A DNA stretch of 64,000 nucleotides from Candidatus Latescibacterota bacterium (GTDB lineage Bacteria > Latescibacterota > UBA2968 > UBA8231), in the NCBI GenBank assembly GCA_965200315.1, contig OZ241362.1:2347117-2411116 (forward strand), read 5' to 3'. The notes below the pieces were generated by a model, which saw only the letters and a list, made by a program, of their open reading frames with translations, made no database searches and was not told the origin of the DNA. Each line of letters begins with the position of its first letter. Position 1 is the first letter of the stretch. The position numbers and the translations under genes were made by a program. Positions 49,170-58,141 of the stretch are shown piece after piece.

Positions 49170-49883
49170 TCACATCAGGTGCAACCAGTCGTCCAAGAGA
49201 AAGGTTACACGCCCGATCAACAGCGAGACCCTCGCCATAATGGTGTAACCAAACGAAGCCCCAAACGAGATCATCAAAAACCATATCCCCACCTTGGAGA
49301 TATGACCCGCCGTGCCGGTGTGCTCGACGGAAAAAAAGAAATAAACCAACACCCCGATGACCCCCACTAGGACGATCAGCAAATCGAGCACTTCCAAGCT
49401 CCAAGTCAGTTGATGTAATGCAGGCTCTATTTGGGCTAAAATAAAGGAAGAGATATAGCGAGGAATCGTCAGGCCGGCCCCGAGCCCGACGAAGAATGCA
49501 AAAGCATAGCGGCTGAGCCACCCAAAGCGCAGCGAAAAGCGCGTCAACATCAAAAGCCCGAGCACCATCGGAGCCAACAGCCACCAATTGGGCGTCTCCC
49601 CTTCTTCCGTGTTGGTCCATTCGGCGATGAGCTCGCCGTAGATCGTCGGATACCAGTACTGGCCAAACATGTAAGCCGCTGCCACACCGACGAAAACGTG
49701 CTCGGCAAACTTGAAAAGCGGGTTGTCCTTGTAGAGAAAGCTATAGAGTGCCAAGGTCATGCCCGCCGCGACGATGATGCCCAAACCCGTCCAGTCCGCC
49801 GCCAAGATTCCGCTAGCCATCAAGCCGATATTGACTGCGGCAAACAGCAGGATCAAGCCCAAAAAGACATACGTATTGCGCAT
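49170..49883 (-). CDS. polytopic membrane protein, unknown family (237 aa)
   Basis: About 7 hydrophobic helices. 8 nt after the upstream gene and 33 nt before the TBDR gene. Confidence 0.75.
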   Translation of the reverse strand: MRNTYVFLGLILLFAAVNIGLMASGILAADWTGLGIIVAAGMTLALYSFLYKDNPLFKFAEHVFVGVAAAYMFGQYWYPTIYGELIAEWTNTEEGETPNWWLLAPMVLGLLMLTRFSLRFGWLSRYAFAFFVGLGAGLTIPRYISSFILAQIEPALHQLTWSLEVLDLLIVLVGVIGVLVYFFFSVEHTGTAGHISKVGIWFLMISFGASFGYTIMARVSLLIGRVTFLLDDWLHLM

Positions 49884-49891
49884 GGCGGAGA

Positions 49892-50722
49892 TCAGTTCCC
49901 CTGCTCGGATGAAGTTCGCCGAGCGACGAAGTACGCAATATTGCCGATAATTACAAAGAGGGCGATGACCAAATGAGTCATCGACTGGGCGCTCATACCC
50001 ATGCTGGCACTGCCGCGATGGTCAATCAGGGTCTCGTATTCGGCGGCACCGGCTAGGCCGCCGAGCAGGCCACCGAGCTGTCCCGAGTCGAGGAAAGGAT
50101 AGAGATCGGGAGCCATCACCGCGGTGCAACCAGCGACAAAGGTAAAGCCGTACTTCTCCTGCCCATAGGGGATCCACCAAAACTCAATCGAATCCCCGGC
50201 AGCCAAGTCTAAGACGAGGTCAAAATCGCGCAGTGAGCGCAAACCGCGCGTCAAATCCAAATCGCCGGTATCCACGCCCCATTGGTCCTGCGGGAAGGCA
50301 CTGCGGAAGTCTTGCCCCATATTGAGGATGACACTGAAAGTGCCCGGCTTGTAGCCCATAAAGGCGTAATCCACCCCGTACTCCAAATCGAATTCAGCCG
50401 CCATTTCCTCCAGCACCTGTTGGGCCAGCCCCGGTGCCTCGGGCCATAGACAAATGGCCACCACCTTGAGATCGCGGCGGAAAGCGTGGCGCAACATGGC
50501 ACGCGACATCGGCAGCATTTCAGGTTGCGTGCTGGCACCATAGGAGAAGGAGACCAGCACAATGTCCCCCGCGTCGAGTTTCTCCAACTGGTTGTACGCA
50601 GCTTTTACTTCGTTCGTCGGCGTGATCGGCAGGGAAATTCCGGCCATCAACGGCCACGCCACGCTAATAAATACTAGGGCGAAAATGATGCGGCGGTCGA
50701 TAGCGAGTAGTTTGTGCATCAC
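49892..50722 (-). CDS. bitopic membrane protein, unknown family (276 aa)
   Basis: N-terminal and C-terminal TM helices flank a soluble domain of about 200 aa. The start (GTG 50722 or ATG 50719) overlaps the upstream stop. Confidence 0.75.
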   Translation of the reverse strand: MMHKLLAIDRRIIFALVFISVAWPLMAGISLPITPTNEVKAAYNQLEKLDAGDIVLVSFSYGASTQPEMLPMSRAMLRHAFRRDLKVVAICLWPEAPGLAQQVLEEMAAEFDLEYGVDYAFMGYKPGTFSVILNMGQDFRSAFPQDQWGVDTGDLDLTRGLRSLRDFDLVLDLAAGDSIEFWWIPYGQEKYGFTFVAGCTAVMAPDLYPFLDSGQLGGLLGGLAGAAEYETLIDHRGSASMGMSAQSMTHLVIALFVIIGNIAYFVARRTSSEQGN

Positions 50723-51375
50723 TCAGATCCTCCACCCAAATACGAGCGCTCAATCCCAAAAATGATCCGCAACGAGGTAGCAATAGCACCCAACGACACG
50801 CCGAGCAAGATGCCGCGCTTAGCCGCCAAGTTGGGCACATTCAACAGCCAGTCGGTCGCCAGTGGAAAAAAATCGGAAAGCTCTCTACCAATGGGCACGC
50901 GGCCCAGCATGACGATGACCGCCGCGATCAACAGCACCGCCGCTTCGGGCGTGCGAGCGCGGAAGGTTCGGTACGCCGCCGAGGCGATGAAAAAGGCTAA
51001 AATCGAAAACATGGTAGAGGCGCAAGGCACGTGAATATTGTCGAAGAGCCACTTATAACCCCCGGCCTCAGCCTGAGCGGCGAAGGGGCCTAAACCGTCG
51101 TTGTACACGACGAAGATCATCATCACCGCAAAGCTCAAAATAGCGATCAAGCTATAGGCCCAGCCGGCGACGCGCTGGCGGATCCGCTGCCAGTGCAGGT
51201 TGAGCAGGCTGTATAGTCCGAGCAAATAGGAAAACGCGAAGACTATGCGCACCCATAGCGCCATCTCTCGCTCCAAATTCTGCGCGTGGCCGTGGGGTAT
51301 GTAGTAGATGACAATGCCGAGCATACCGAAGGCAAAGGCAATGACCAGCGGTAGCGTTCGACTAAAAAAAATCAT
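50719..51375 (-). CDS. polytopic membrane protein, unknown family (218 aa)
   Basis: About 6 hydrophobic helices. ATG at 51375 with AGGAGG 6 nt upstream, embedded in the end of the upstream gene. Confidence 0.75.
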   Translation of the reverse strand: MIFFSRTLPLVIAFAFGMLGIVIYYIPHGHAQNLEREMALWVRIVFAFSYLLGLYSLLNLHWQRIRQRVAGWAYSLIAILSFAVMMIFVVYNDGLGPFAAQAEAGGYKWLFDNIHVPCASTMFSILAFFIASAAYRTFRARTPEAAVLLIAAVIVMLGRVPIGRELSDFFPLATDWLLNVPNLAAKRGILLGVSLGAIATSLRIIFGIERSYLGGGSE

Positions 51376-51384
51376 CGCGCCCTC

Positions 51385-52629
51385 CTAGGGGCTAAAAAAG
51401 TGCGTCAACTGCGACCATCCCAAGAAGGTCTCCAGCAGCGTGCCCAGCACCAAAGCGGCCAGCAGAATGGCTTTGCCCCCGTCTTGGCCTTTAAGGCTAC
51501 CGAGCATTCGCGGTTCGCCCGACAGATAGGCGCTGGCTGCATAGAGCTCTTCGCCGAGCAGGGTGTAGTCGCATGTAGTGACGAAAAAGGGAAGTTGGGT
51601 AAAGGCGTCCGTGCCGGCGATCTGGATTGCCCCGGTCGTGGAGCCGGTTTCGGCCAACAGCAGCGACTCGGCGTAGAAATATCCCATCATAATATGAGCC
51701 GCCGGGCGGTCGCGGACCATGATGCCCTCGACTGCTGCCGCATAGCTGAACTGCTCGGTGCTGGCGACGAAAACGTGGTCGGGGTTAAACGCGTCGGGCC
51801 GCCCCGCCTCCACATAAGAGGCTTTCACCGTCTCCTGACTCACCGACATAACTACCGGGTCAGGAGCCACCACCCGCAGCGCGGTGTCGTATTCGGCCGT
51901 ACGCCGCGCAAGCCGCCCCAAGATATTGACCGCGGCAATGGTTGGTATCTGGCTCATGTCGCGCAAGCCGTGGATGAAAAGCACCGGCTTGCCCATCTCG
52001 GTCGCCCGCCCCAACGCCTCGTCCAGTGCCTCTAGCCCGGCGATGCGACGGATCTTGAGCTCGCGCCGCCGCGCAATGCCAATGTAGCCCATGATAAGCC
52101 CTGAAAAAACGAGGCACAACACCAAGTTATTGACCTTGGCGCGGTTAAAAAAATTGCCTTTGGACTCGGCGTTGACGATCACTTTGCCGCGGATCGCGCC
52201 CCCGGCCGACCGCACATCGATGTGAAAGTAATAAGTCTTACCATCTTCTAGCGGCGTCTTGCCACCCGCGCCGGCGAATTCCTCGACATTGACATAGTGA
52301 TGATTCTCCAGATCGGCCCCACGACCAAAGAGCCCCGGTGCCTCGGACATCAAATTCCCCGTTGCCACAACCTCGGCCACGACGCGAAAAGGCCCGCTGG
52401 GCGAATCGGCGATGGCGACCTGATACATCGCATTTTCGCTGATCCGACGATCTCGCGGCCAAGTCAGCGTAATGCTGCCCCCGTCGTCGTTGGGCGTGTC
52501 GAAGGCTTGGACCTCGATCGGCGGTTCAGGATGTGCCAGCAACGTGCTGAGTCCTCGTTCCGCATTCTCCGCCGCGCTCGCCAACGGCCAAGCCAAGACC
52601 AACACAGACAGCCAGTTTTTTGCTCTCAT
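51385..52629 (-). CDS. membrane protein: signal peptide + FN3-like ectodomain + TM + cytoplasmic domain + C-terminal TM (414 aa)
   Basis: MRAKNWLSVLVLAWPLASA, DDGGSITLTWP (FN3-like), TM LVLCLVFSGLIMGYIGIA followed by RRRELKIRR, and the terminal helix AILLAALVLGTLLETFLGW. Confidence 0.75.
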   Translation of the reverse strand: MRAKNWLSVLVLAWPLASAAENAERGLSTLLAHPEPPIEVQAFDTPNDDGGSITLTWPRDRRISENAMYQVAIADSPSGPFRVVAEVVATGNLMSEAPGLFGRGADLENHHYVNVEEFAGAGGKTPLEDGKTYYFHIDVRSAGGAIRGKVIVNAESKGNFFNRAKVNNLVLCLVFSGLIMGYIGIARRRELKIRRIAGLEALDEALGRATEMGKPVLFIHGLRDMSQIPTIAAVNILGRLARRTAEYDTALRVVAPDPVVMSVSQETVKASYVEAGRPDAFNPDHVFVASTEQFSYAAAVEGIMVRDRPAAHIMMGYFYAESLLLAETGSTTGAIQIAGTDAFTQLPFFVTTCDYTLLGEELYAASAYLSGEPRMLGSLKGQDGGKAILLAALVLGTLLETFLGWSQLTHFFSP

Positions 52630-52632
52630 GCC

Positions 52633-53748
52633 TTATTCCTCAATCAACTCCACATTCGCCCGTGGCACTATCGCCTGCTCCCCGTCTTCAAACTCCACGG
52701 CCAATACCCGCACCCGCGCCCCGGATTCGACCTCGCACAACTCGGTCGGCAAGTCGCTAACGCGCCCAATTTGCCCAAAATAGGGCATTCGAATCACGCG
52801 CAACAAATCGCCCACCTGCAACCCTTCCTCACCCGTCCGCACCTCTTCTTCCTCTTTGTCAGCGGCTGTAGGGACGATAATTTCCGGCCGCAAGACGCCA
52901 GCGCGGATCTGAGTCGCACCGGCCATAGACGCATCCATGCCAGCGTACGCTTGCAGAATATCAAAGGTCTTGCGGGCCATGGCGACGCGGCCAAAGCCCT
53001 CGGTCGCTACTACCGTCAGGCCGATCTGCTCAGTCCCGGTGATAGCCACGCCCAAGTCGCGGCCAAGCAAGTCGCGCAAGTCGCTGTCGCGCAGGCCGCC
53101 GCCGATCAACCCCACGGCACCTGCTTGCCGAGCCTGTTCCACGGTCTCCGCGCTAATCAGGCTGCCGACCACCACAATCTTGCCCGCAACTTCCGGGCCC
53201 AGCGACTCGGCTGTGGCGTCTGGAGCATCAACGGCCAGGTGCAGCGCACCCCAGCACTCGCCTCCCACGCCGAAAATACCTTGGATATAAGCACCACGCG
53301 CTGCGACGCGCATACCCTCCTCGGCAAAAACTTCCTCTACGATCCCATCGACGTACGCCAGCACTTCGACCGGCTTGGGAGCTTGCCGCAATATCACCTG
53401 CCCGGTCACCGGCGAAATGCTCTCGACGGTGCCGCTGACCGGAGATTCAATCGTGGTCTTGAACCAGCGAATAAATGGCTTGGTCTCGGCGAGCGGCTCG
53501 TCGGCTTCGACCCGGTCGCCCTCTTTTTTGAGCATATAGCCGGCTAGCTCTTGCGGCGAGATGCCCAAGCGGTTGACCAAGTTGAGGGTCGCCACCTCGC
53601 CCGGCAGTTCGGTGCGAGCCACAACTTGGTCTCGGCGCACAGCTTGGCCGCGCTCGACGACAACCTCGCCTTTGAGGGGCAACCGCCGCTCTTTGTGGAC
53701 GACTGCGTGTTGCGTCACGCGCAGGCCAGGGGTATAAGCATGGGCCAT
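52633..53748 (-). CDS. cytoplasmic protein: hybrid-barrel-like N-domain + Rossmann-like segment + KOW-like C-terminus (371 aa)
   Basis: LPLKGEVVVERGQAVRRDQVVART, GKIVVVGSLISAETVEQARQAGAVGLIGGG, and VGDLLRVIRMPYFGQIGRVSDL. 3-nt gaps to both neighbours. Confidence 0.75.
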   Translation of the reverse strand: MAHAYTPGLRVTQHAVVHKERRLPLKGEVVVERGQAVRRDQVVARTELPGEVATLNLVNRLGISPQELAGYMLKKEGDRVEADEPLAETKPFIRWFKTTIESPVSGTVESISPVTGQVILRQAPKPVEVLAYVDGIVEEVFAEEGMRVAARGAYIQGIFGVGGECWGALHLAVDAPDATAESLGPEVAGKIVVVGSLISAETVEQARQAGAVGLIGGGLRDSDLRDLLGRDLGVAITGTEQIGLTVVATEGFGRVAMARKTFDILQAYAGMDASMAGATQIRAGVLRPEIIVPTAADKEEEEVRTGEEGLQVGDLLRVIRMPYFGQIGRVSDLPTELCEVESGARVRVLAVEFEDGEQAIVPRANVELIEE

Positions 53749-53751
53749 GAG

Positions 53752-55533
53752 CTACTCGTATAGGTTTAACGCCTGCTGCCAGTCGCTTATCTGATGGCGG
53801 CGGTCGCGGTCTGTCGCCATCTGGATGGGCCGACCGCGACCGTCCAGCACTAGTCCTGCGACCCCGCCGCACACCCTTGCATTTAGGGCTTGTCCCGGGC
53901 CAGCACCCACATCCCAACGCCGCGCCGGTTGGAGCGAAACTTCAACCTCCTCGCCATCGGCCAAGGGCATCCACTGTAGCTGGCCAAACTGTAACTCGCC
54001 GGTTTGCCGCCCGCTGGGCAGTTCAATTTCGTATTGGAGGCAGACCTCGCCGCCCTTACCCTCGCCGACGGGGGCCACACAAGTGCCCAAGTAGATCAGA
54101 CAATCGCGCTCAAAAACCTCGGTGGCAGCCCGCTCGTCAACAGTCGAGAGCACCCCTAGGTGGGGCATCATAAAAATGCTATCGACGGCCAATCGGGTGA
54201 CGCCTTCGGGCTGAAAGGCATCTATGAGCATGGCGCAACTCTGCTCGCGGCGGGGCGCGTGCGAGAGCACACCACCGCTGCCGACTAGCATGTCTAGCGC
54301 CATCATCTCGACCAAACTCTCGCCGGTGGCACCCTGCTCAAAGACATCGGCTAGCGTGCGCTTGCTCTGCACCCCCTTCAATCCCACTGCCAACGCCCGG
54401 TGCTGGTCAAAAGCCAAGCGCAAAGCCTCGCGGGCAATGGCTTGCTCGACTTGCAATTCCTGCATGAGCTGGGGGATGGTAGTAGGGCGGATCATCTTGT
54501 TTTTGATCCGGTCTCGGAGGTCGGCCTCCTCAATATCGAAAGGAACCCAGCGCATGATTTGGTCGAGTCCGGCTTCGGCTAGCACGTTGGAGACGCTGTA
54601 GGACATGCCGAGATTGGCACTGACCGTGCGGTTGAAAACGCCGTCGAAAACGCTGAACACATCGGTCGTCGCCCCGCCGATATCCACGCCGACGACGTTG
54701 ATCCCCTGTTGGCGGGCAATAGCCTGCATGATCTCGCCCACTGCCCCAGGCGTCGGCATAATCGGCGCGCTGGTCCAGTCCATCAGCTTGCTATAGCCAG
54801 GAGCCTGCGCCATGACGTGTTCGAGGAAGAGATCGTGAATGACGTGCCGCGCCGGGTCCAGATTTTCCTTTTCGAGTACGGGGCGGATATTCTCGGTAAC
54901 GGTCAGGGCCATCTTACCCCCCAGCGCCTTTTCAACCTCCTCGCGTGCGTCCTCATTCCCCGCAAAAATAACCGGCAACTTGAAGTCCGCGCCAAAGCGG
55001 GGTCTAGGATCGGCTGCGCTGATGAATTCGGCCAACTCGACCACGTGACTGACAGTGCCGCCATCGGTGCCGCCCGACAGCAACACCATATCGGGACGCA
55101 ATTGGCGGATACGCTCTATTTTTTCGTGCGGCAAGCGCCCATCGTTGGTAGCGAGCGCGTCCATGACGATCGCCCCGGCTCCCAAGGCGCAGCGCTGGGC
55201 GCTCTCGCCGGTCATCGCCATCACCACACCGGCAACCACCATCTGCAACCCACCGCCCGCACTGCTCGTCGAGATGTAGATATCGACCCCGACATTGCCG
55301 TCAGCCGGTGCGATAATCCGCTCGCCATCGAGGATCTGCCGCCCGGAAAGCTCCTCAACCTCTTGAATGGCGTTGAGCACCCCCCGAGTGACGTCTTCAA
55401 AGGGGGCCTCAACCGTGGTTGGGGCCTCGCCGCGAAAGGTCTGGCGATACCCTTCGTCCTTCTTTTCGATCAGGATCGCCTTGGTCGTCGTACTGCCGCA
55501 GTCCGTGGCGATAACTACGTTGAGGTCATCCAT
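53752..55533 (-). CDS. MutL/GlmL-like ASKHA-fold ATPase (glutamate mutase L family homolog), orphan
   Basis: VVIATDCGSTTTKAILI, LLSGGTDGG, VVGVDIGGATTDVFSV, and the C-terminal GGVAGLVLDGRGRPI. ATG at 55533 (TTG at 55557 is possible). Confidence 0.8.
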   Translation of the reverse strand: MDDLNVVIATDCGSTTTKAILIEKKDEGYRQTFRGEAPTTVEAPFEDVTRGVLNAIQEVEELSGRQILDGERIIAPADGNVGVDIYISTSSAGGGLQMVVAGVVMAMTGESAQRCALGAGAIVMDALATNDGRLPHEKIERIRQLRPDMVLLSGGTDGGTVSHVVELAEFISAADPRPRFGADFKLPVIFAGNEDAREEVEKALGGKMALTVTENIRPVLEKENLDPARHVIHDLFLEHVMAQAPGYSKLMDWTSAPIMPTPGAVGEIMQAIARQQGINVVGVDIGGATTDVFSVFDGVFNRTVSANLGMSYSVSNVLAEAGLDQIMRWVPFDIEEADLRDRIKNKMIRPTTIPQLMQELQVEQAIAREALRLAFDQHRALAVGLKGVQSKRTLADVFEQGATGESLVEMMALDMLVGSGGVLSHAPRREQSCAMLIDAFQPEGVTRLAVDSIFMMPHLGVLSTVDERAATEVFERDCLIYLGTCVAPVGEGKGGEVCLQYEIELPSGRQTGELQFGQLQWMPLADGEEVEVSLQPARRWDVGAGPGQALNARVCGGVAGLVLDGRGRPIQMATDRDRRHQISDWQQALNLYE

Positions 55534-55861
55534 GCTTTTGGCTTTCGCGCTGGGCAATGGCCTCCGCGAGTAGGTCTATAGATTGACGGCGCTCCAACAT
55601 GCGCGTAAATCGCTCGTACTCATCTCGCGAAAAAACCAGCGTGGCAAATGGAGCCAAAAAGGTCAGGGCTTGGCTGCCCAAAAAATTGAGGGGGCGGCAA
55701 GCCTCCAATGCCATAGACGCAGCCGCTCCCATGCGGCGACTCACTATAAACTCGGCCAGCCGCTCGGCCAGCGTACGCTCTTCCTCAGACCAACCTACCT
55801 CTGGATCTTCGAGGGCAAAAGCGTGCCGCCACCGCGCTTTTAAACTATCGACTTGAAACAT
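55526..55861 (-). CDS. small hypothetical protein (111 aa)
   Basis: ATG at 55861. One hydrophobic segment (LNFLGSQALTFLAPFATLVF). It overlaps both neighbours (17 nt and 8 nt). Confidence 0.55.
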   Translation of the reverse strand: MFQVDSLKARWRHAFALEDPEVGWSEEERTLAERLAEFIVSRRMGAAASMALEACRPLNFLGSQALTFLAPFATLVFSRDEYERFTRMLERRQSIDLLAEAIAQRESQKHG

Positions 55862-56261
55862 GGCACCGGACGAAACGCGCAACTTCTTCGCGGTTTTGAT
55901 CAAAGCGCAAAAAAACGCCGCGAAAGGAATCCAGCCGACCTAGGCGAGCGGACGGACGTAAAAAAATACCGTCCCGATGTTCGTCTGCTCGACGGAATTC
56001 CGCCCAAGAACGGCACTGTTTAAGGCCGAGATGTTGACTGCTGACGCCGACGCCGTCGAGCGCATAGCGCGTAGGGAAGAAATAGCGCGACAGCGAAGCA
56101 GTCAATGCTCCGAGTGAAAACACCCCGTAAAACCAATGCTCAAAACCGAAAGCGGCGGCCGCTGAGGAAGCGACCATGAGCGCGATTAGCAGTATCGACT
56201 TTGCCGGCCGCTCCCGGCGCAGGGGGTGACTTTCCCAGTGGAGAGAGGCTGCGGAGGACAC
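55845..56261 (-). CDS. small membrane protein, two TM helices + PH-like C-terminal domain (138 aa)
   Basis: GTG at 56261, 10 nt after the SBP stop. The track ORF (to 56495) extends out of frame into the SBP gene. Helices SILLIALMVASSAAAAFGF and FYGVFSLGALTASL. Confidence 0.5.
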   Translation of the reverse strand: MSSAASLHWESHPLRRERPAKSILLIALMVASSAAAAFGFEHWFYGVFSLGALTASLSRYFFPTRYALDGVGVSSQHLGLKQCRSWAEFRRADEHRDGIFLRPSARLGRLDSFRGVFLRFDQNREEVARFVRCHVSSR

Positions 56262-56271
56262 AGCCGCGTCC

Positions 56272-58104
56272 TTAGTACATCTGCGCTTCCTGCGCGACCC
56301 ACCAGTCTTGCAAGCGGACGCCGGGGGGATACCAAGTGACGCCACTGAAGCGCCGGCTATAGGCTTGGGCATTGCGCGGCTTCCACAGGAAGGTGTATGG
56401 CTGTTCCTCGTGCAGGATTGCTTGGAAACGCTGGTAGAGTGCAATGCGCCTTTCCATATCGAACTCGCGGCGATAGTCCTCCAAAATTTGATCAACCTCG
56501 GCGTTGATGAAGCTCACCGCGTTGGAGCCGTTTTCTACGGTCTGGGAGGAATGCCAGATCTGGTAACCGTCGGGCGCGAACCTCACATTGCCGGTCCAGC
56601 CCAGCACCATGGCGTCAAAATCCTTGCCGCGGACCTTCTGTAAAAAAATCGACCAGTCTAACTCGCGCACTTGGCAGTCAATGCCAATATCCTGCAACTC
56701 GTATTGCAAGGTTAGGGCGATATCTTTGCGGATCTGGTTGCCCGAATTGATCAAAATCTCAAAGCGAAATGGCACTAGCTCCCCGTCGATGGTCTTGTCG
56801 AGAATGCCATCCTCGTCGGCATCCTCCCAGCCAGCTTCCGCCAGCAGATCGAGGGCGCGGTCGGGATCGTACGCGTACGGCGCGAGGCCGTGGTTGTATT
56901 CGGGGCGGAACTTGTGGATCGGCCCCTCCACCGTCTCGGCTAGGCCGAACATGATGTTTTCGACCATGCCCTCGCGGTCGGTCAAATGGGTCATGGCTTG
57001 GCGTACCCGCTTGTCGCCAAAAATTGGATGTTTGTTGTTCCAGCCGATGTACATATATCCACCGGCGTAGCTAACGCCTTTGAGGAAGCGGCGGTTGAAG
57101 TCTTCCGACCAGCTCTTTTCCCTAAATTCCAACGGACGCAGAGTGTGGTAGTCGAGGTTGCCGTTGGTCAACTCGATGAATGCCGCGTCGGTATTGTTGA
57201 TGATGTTAAAGACGATCTTATCGACAAAGCCAGGTGGCAGCAGCCCTTCCACATCCCGCCCCCAGTAGTTCGCATTTCGCGTCAGCACGACTTTCTGCTG
57301 GGTGACCAAGTCTCGCTCTGGATCTTCGATTATATACGGCCCCGAGCCTAATACCTTGCGGTTGAAATTTTGATTGAATTGTTCGGCAAAGCGCTCGACT
57401 CGCTCTTTGTGCGGCCCCTCCTCCCAAGAACCATCCACCAAACTCTTGACCTCGACTGGGTCCAGCAAACCCTCCGGATCGTAAAAGTGCTTAGGTAGGA
57501 TACTGAATGAACCCAACATCAAATCGTTGCGGAAATAGGGCTTGTCGCACAGGAAGCTAACCTTGTTGGCCCCTACCTGTTGTACCACCTCGACGGCGGC
57601 ATAGTAGTTGCGCAGATGCGGCGTCAGCACTTGGGGATTGTGGATGACCTTCATGCTGAAGACGACGTCCGCAGCCGTCAGCGGCTTGCCGTCTGAGAAG
57701 TAAACCCCATCGCGCAGCTCAAATGTATAGGTGAGTTTGTCCGCGGAAATGTTCGGGTAGCCTTTGGCGACTAGCCCTCGCAACGCGTAGGGCGGGTCCG
57801 ATTCGGCGTCGAGCAGGCCTTCAAATACGTAATTCAAGACCATGCTGGCACCGGCATCGTTGGAGGTGTACGGATTGAGTTTCTCTGGGTCGGACAGCAT
57901 GTGGCGCACCATCCAGTCGCCGTAGGTCGGCTCTTCTCCGCTCTCGTAGCGCAGCGGCACCTTCGCAGTGCCGTCGAGCACGATGATATCCTTGGTACTC
58001 AGGAGAATTTCCTGCACTACTTCCCACGACGACTCAGCGACGGCATGATCGCCGATACAGATACCCAACCAAGCGGCCACTGCGAACATTTTAACTTTTG
58101 GCAT
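56272..58104 (-). CDS. ABC transporter substrate-binding protein, family 5 (peptide/nickel type)
   Basis: 610 aa with a signal peptide MPKVKMFAVAAWLGICIG. The overall pattern is typical of OppA/DppA-like binding proteins (e.g. GSGPYIIED, NANYWG). Confidence 0.88.
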   Translation of the reverse strand: MPKVKMFAVAAWLGICIGDHAVAESSWEVVQEILLSTKDIIVLDGTAKVPLRYESGEEPTYGDWMVRHMLSDPEKLNPYTSNDAGASMVLNYVFEGLLDAESDPPYALRGLVAKGYPNISADKLTYTFELRDGVYFSDGKPLTAADVVFSMKVIHNPQVLTPHLRNYYAAVEVVQQVGANKVSFLCDKPYFRNDLMLGSFSILPKHFYDPEGLLDPVEVKSLVDGSWEEGPHKERVERFAEQFNQNFNRKVLGSGPYIIEDPERDLVTQQKVVLTRNANYWGRDVEGLLPPGFVDKIVFNIINNTDAAFIELTNGNLDYHTLRPLEFREKSWSEDFNRRFLKGVSYAGGYMYIGWNNKHPIFGDKRVRQAMTHLTDREGMVENIMFGLAETVEGPIHKFRPEYNHGLAPYAYDPDRALDLLAEAGWEDADEDGILDKTIDGELVPFRFEILINSGNQIRKDIALTLQYELQDIGIDCQVRELDWSIFLQKVRGKDFDAMVLGWTGNVRFAPDGYQIWHSSQTVENGSNAVSFINAEVDQILEDYRREFDMERRIALYQRFQAILHEEQPYTFLWKPRNAQAYSRRFSGVTWYPPGVRLQDWWVAQEAQMY

Positions 58105-58141
58105 ATTCTCCCCTTTGTACTAACCAGCTAGACCCAATCCA

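Noticed and set aside
52297-53547. 416-aa plus-strand ORF. Similar long antisense ORFs occur at 54709-55581, 45346-46113, 41626-42546, 27550-28203, 22165-22878, 29418-30143 and 62583-63350.
   Set aside because: Each is antisense to a better-supported minus-strand gene that has family motifs, a Shine-Dalgarno sequence or tight operon spacing. Their low-complexity Arg/Gly/Ala/Pro-rich translations carry no recognisable motifs.
56262-56495. N-terminal 78 aa of track ORF 55845-56495
   Set aside because: It overlaps the 3' end of the solute-binding protein gene in another frame. The GTG at 56261, just after that gene's stop, is the plausible start.
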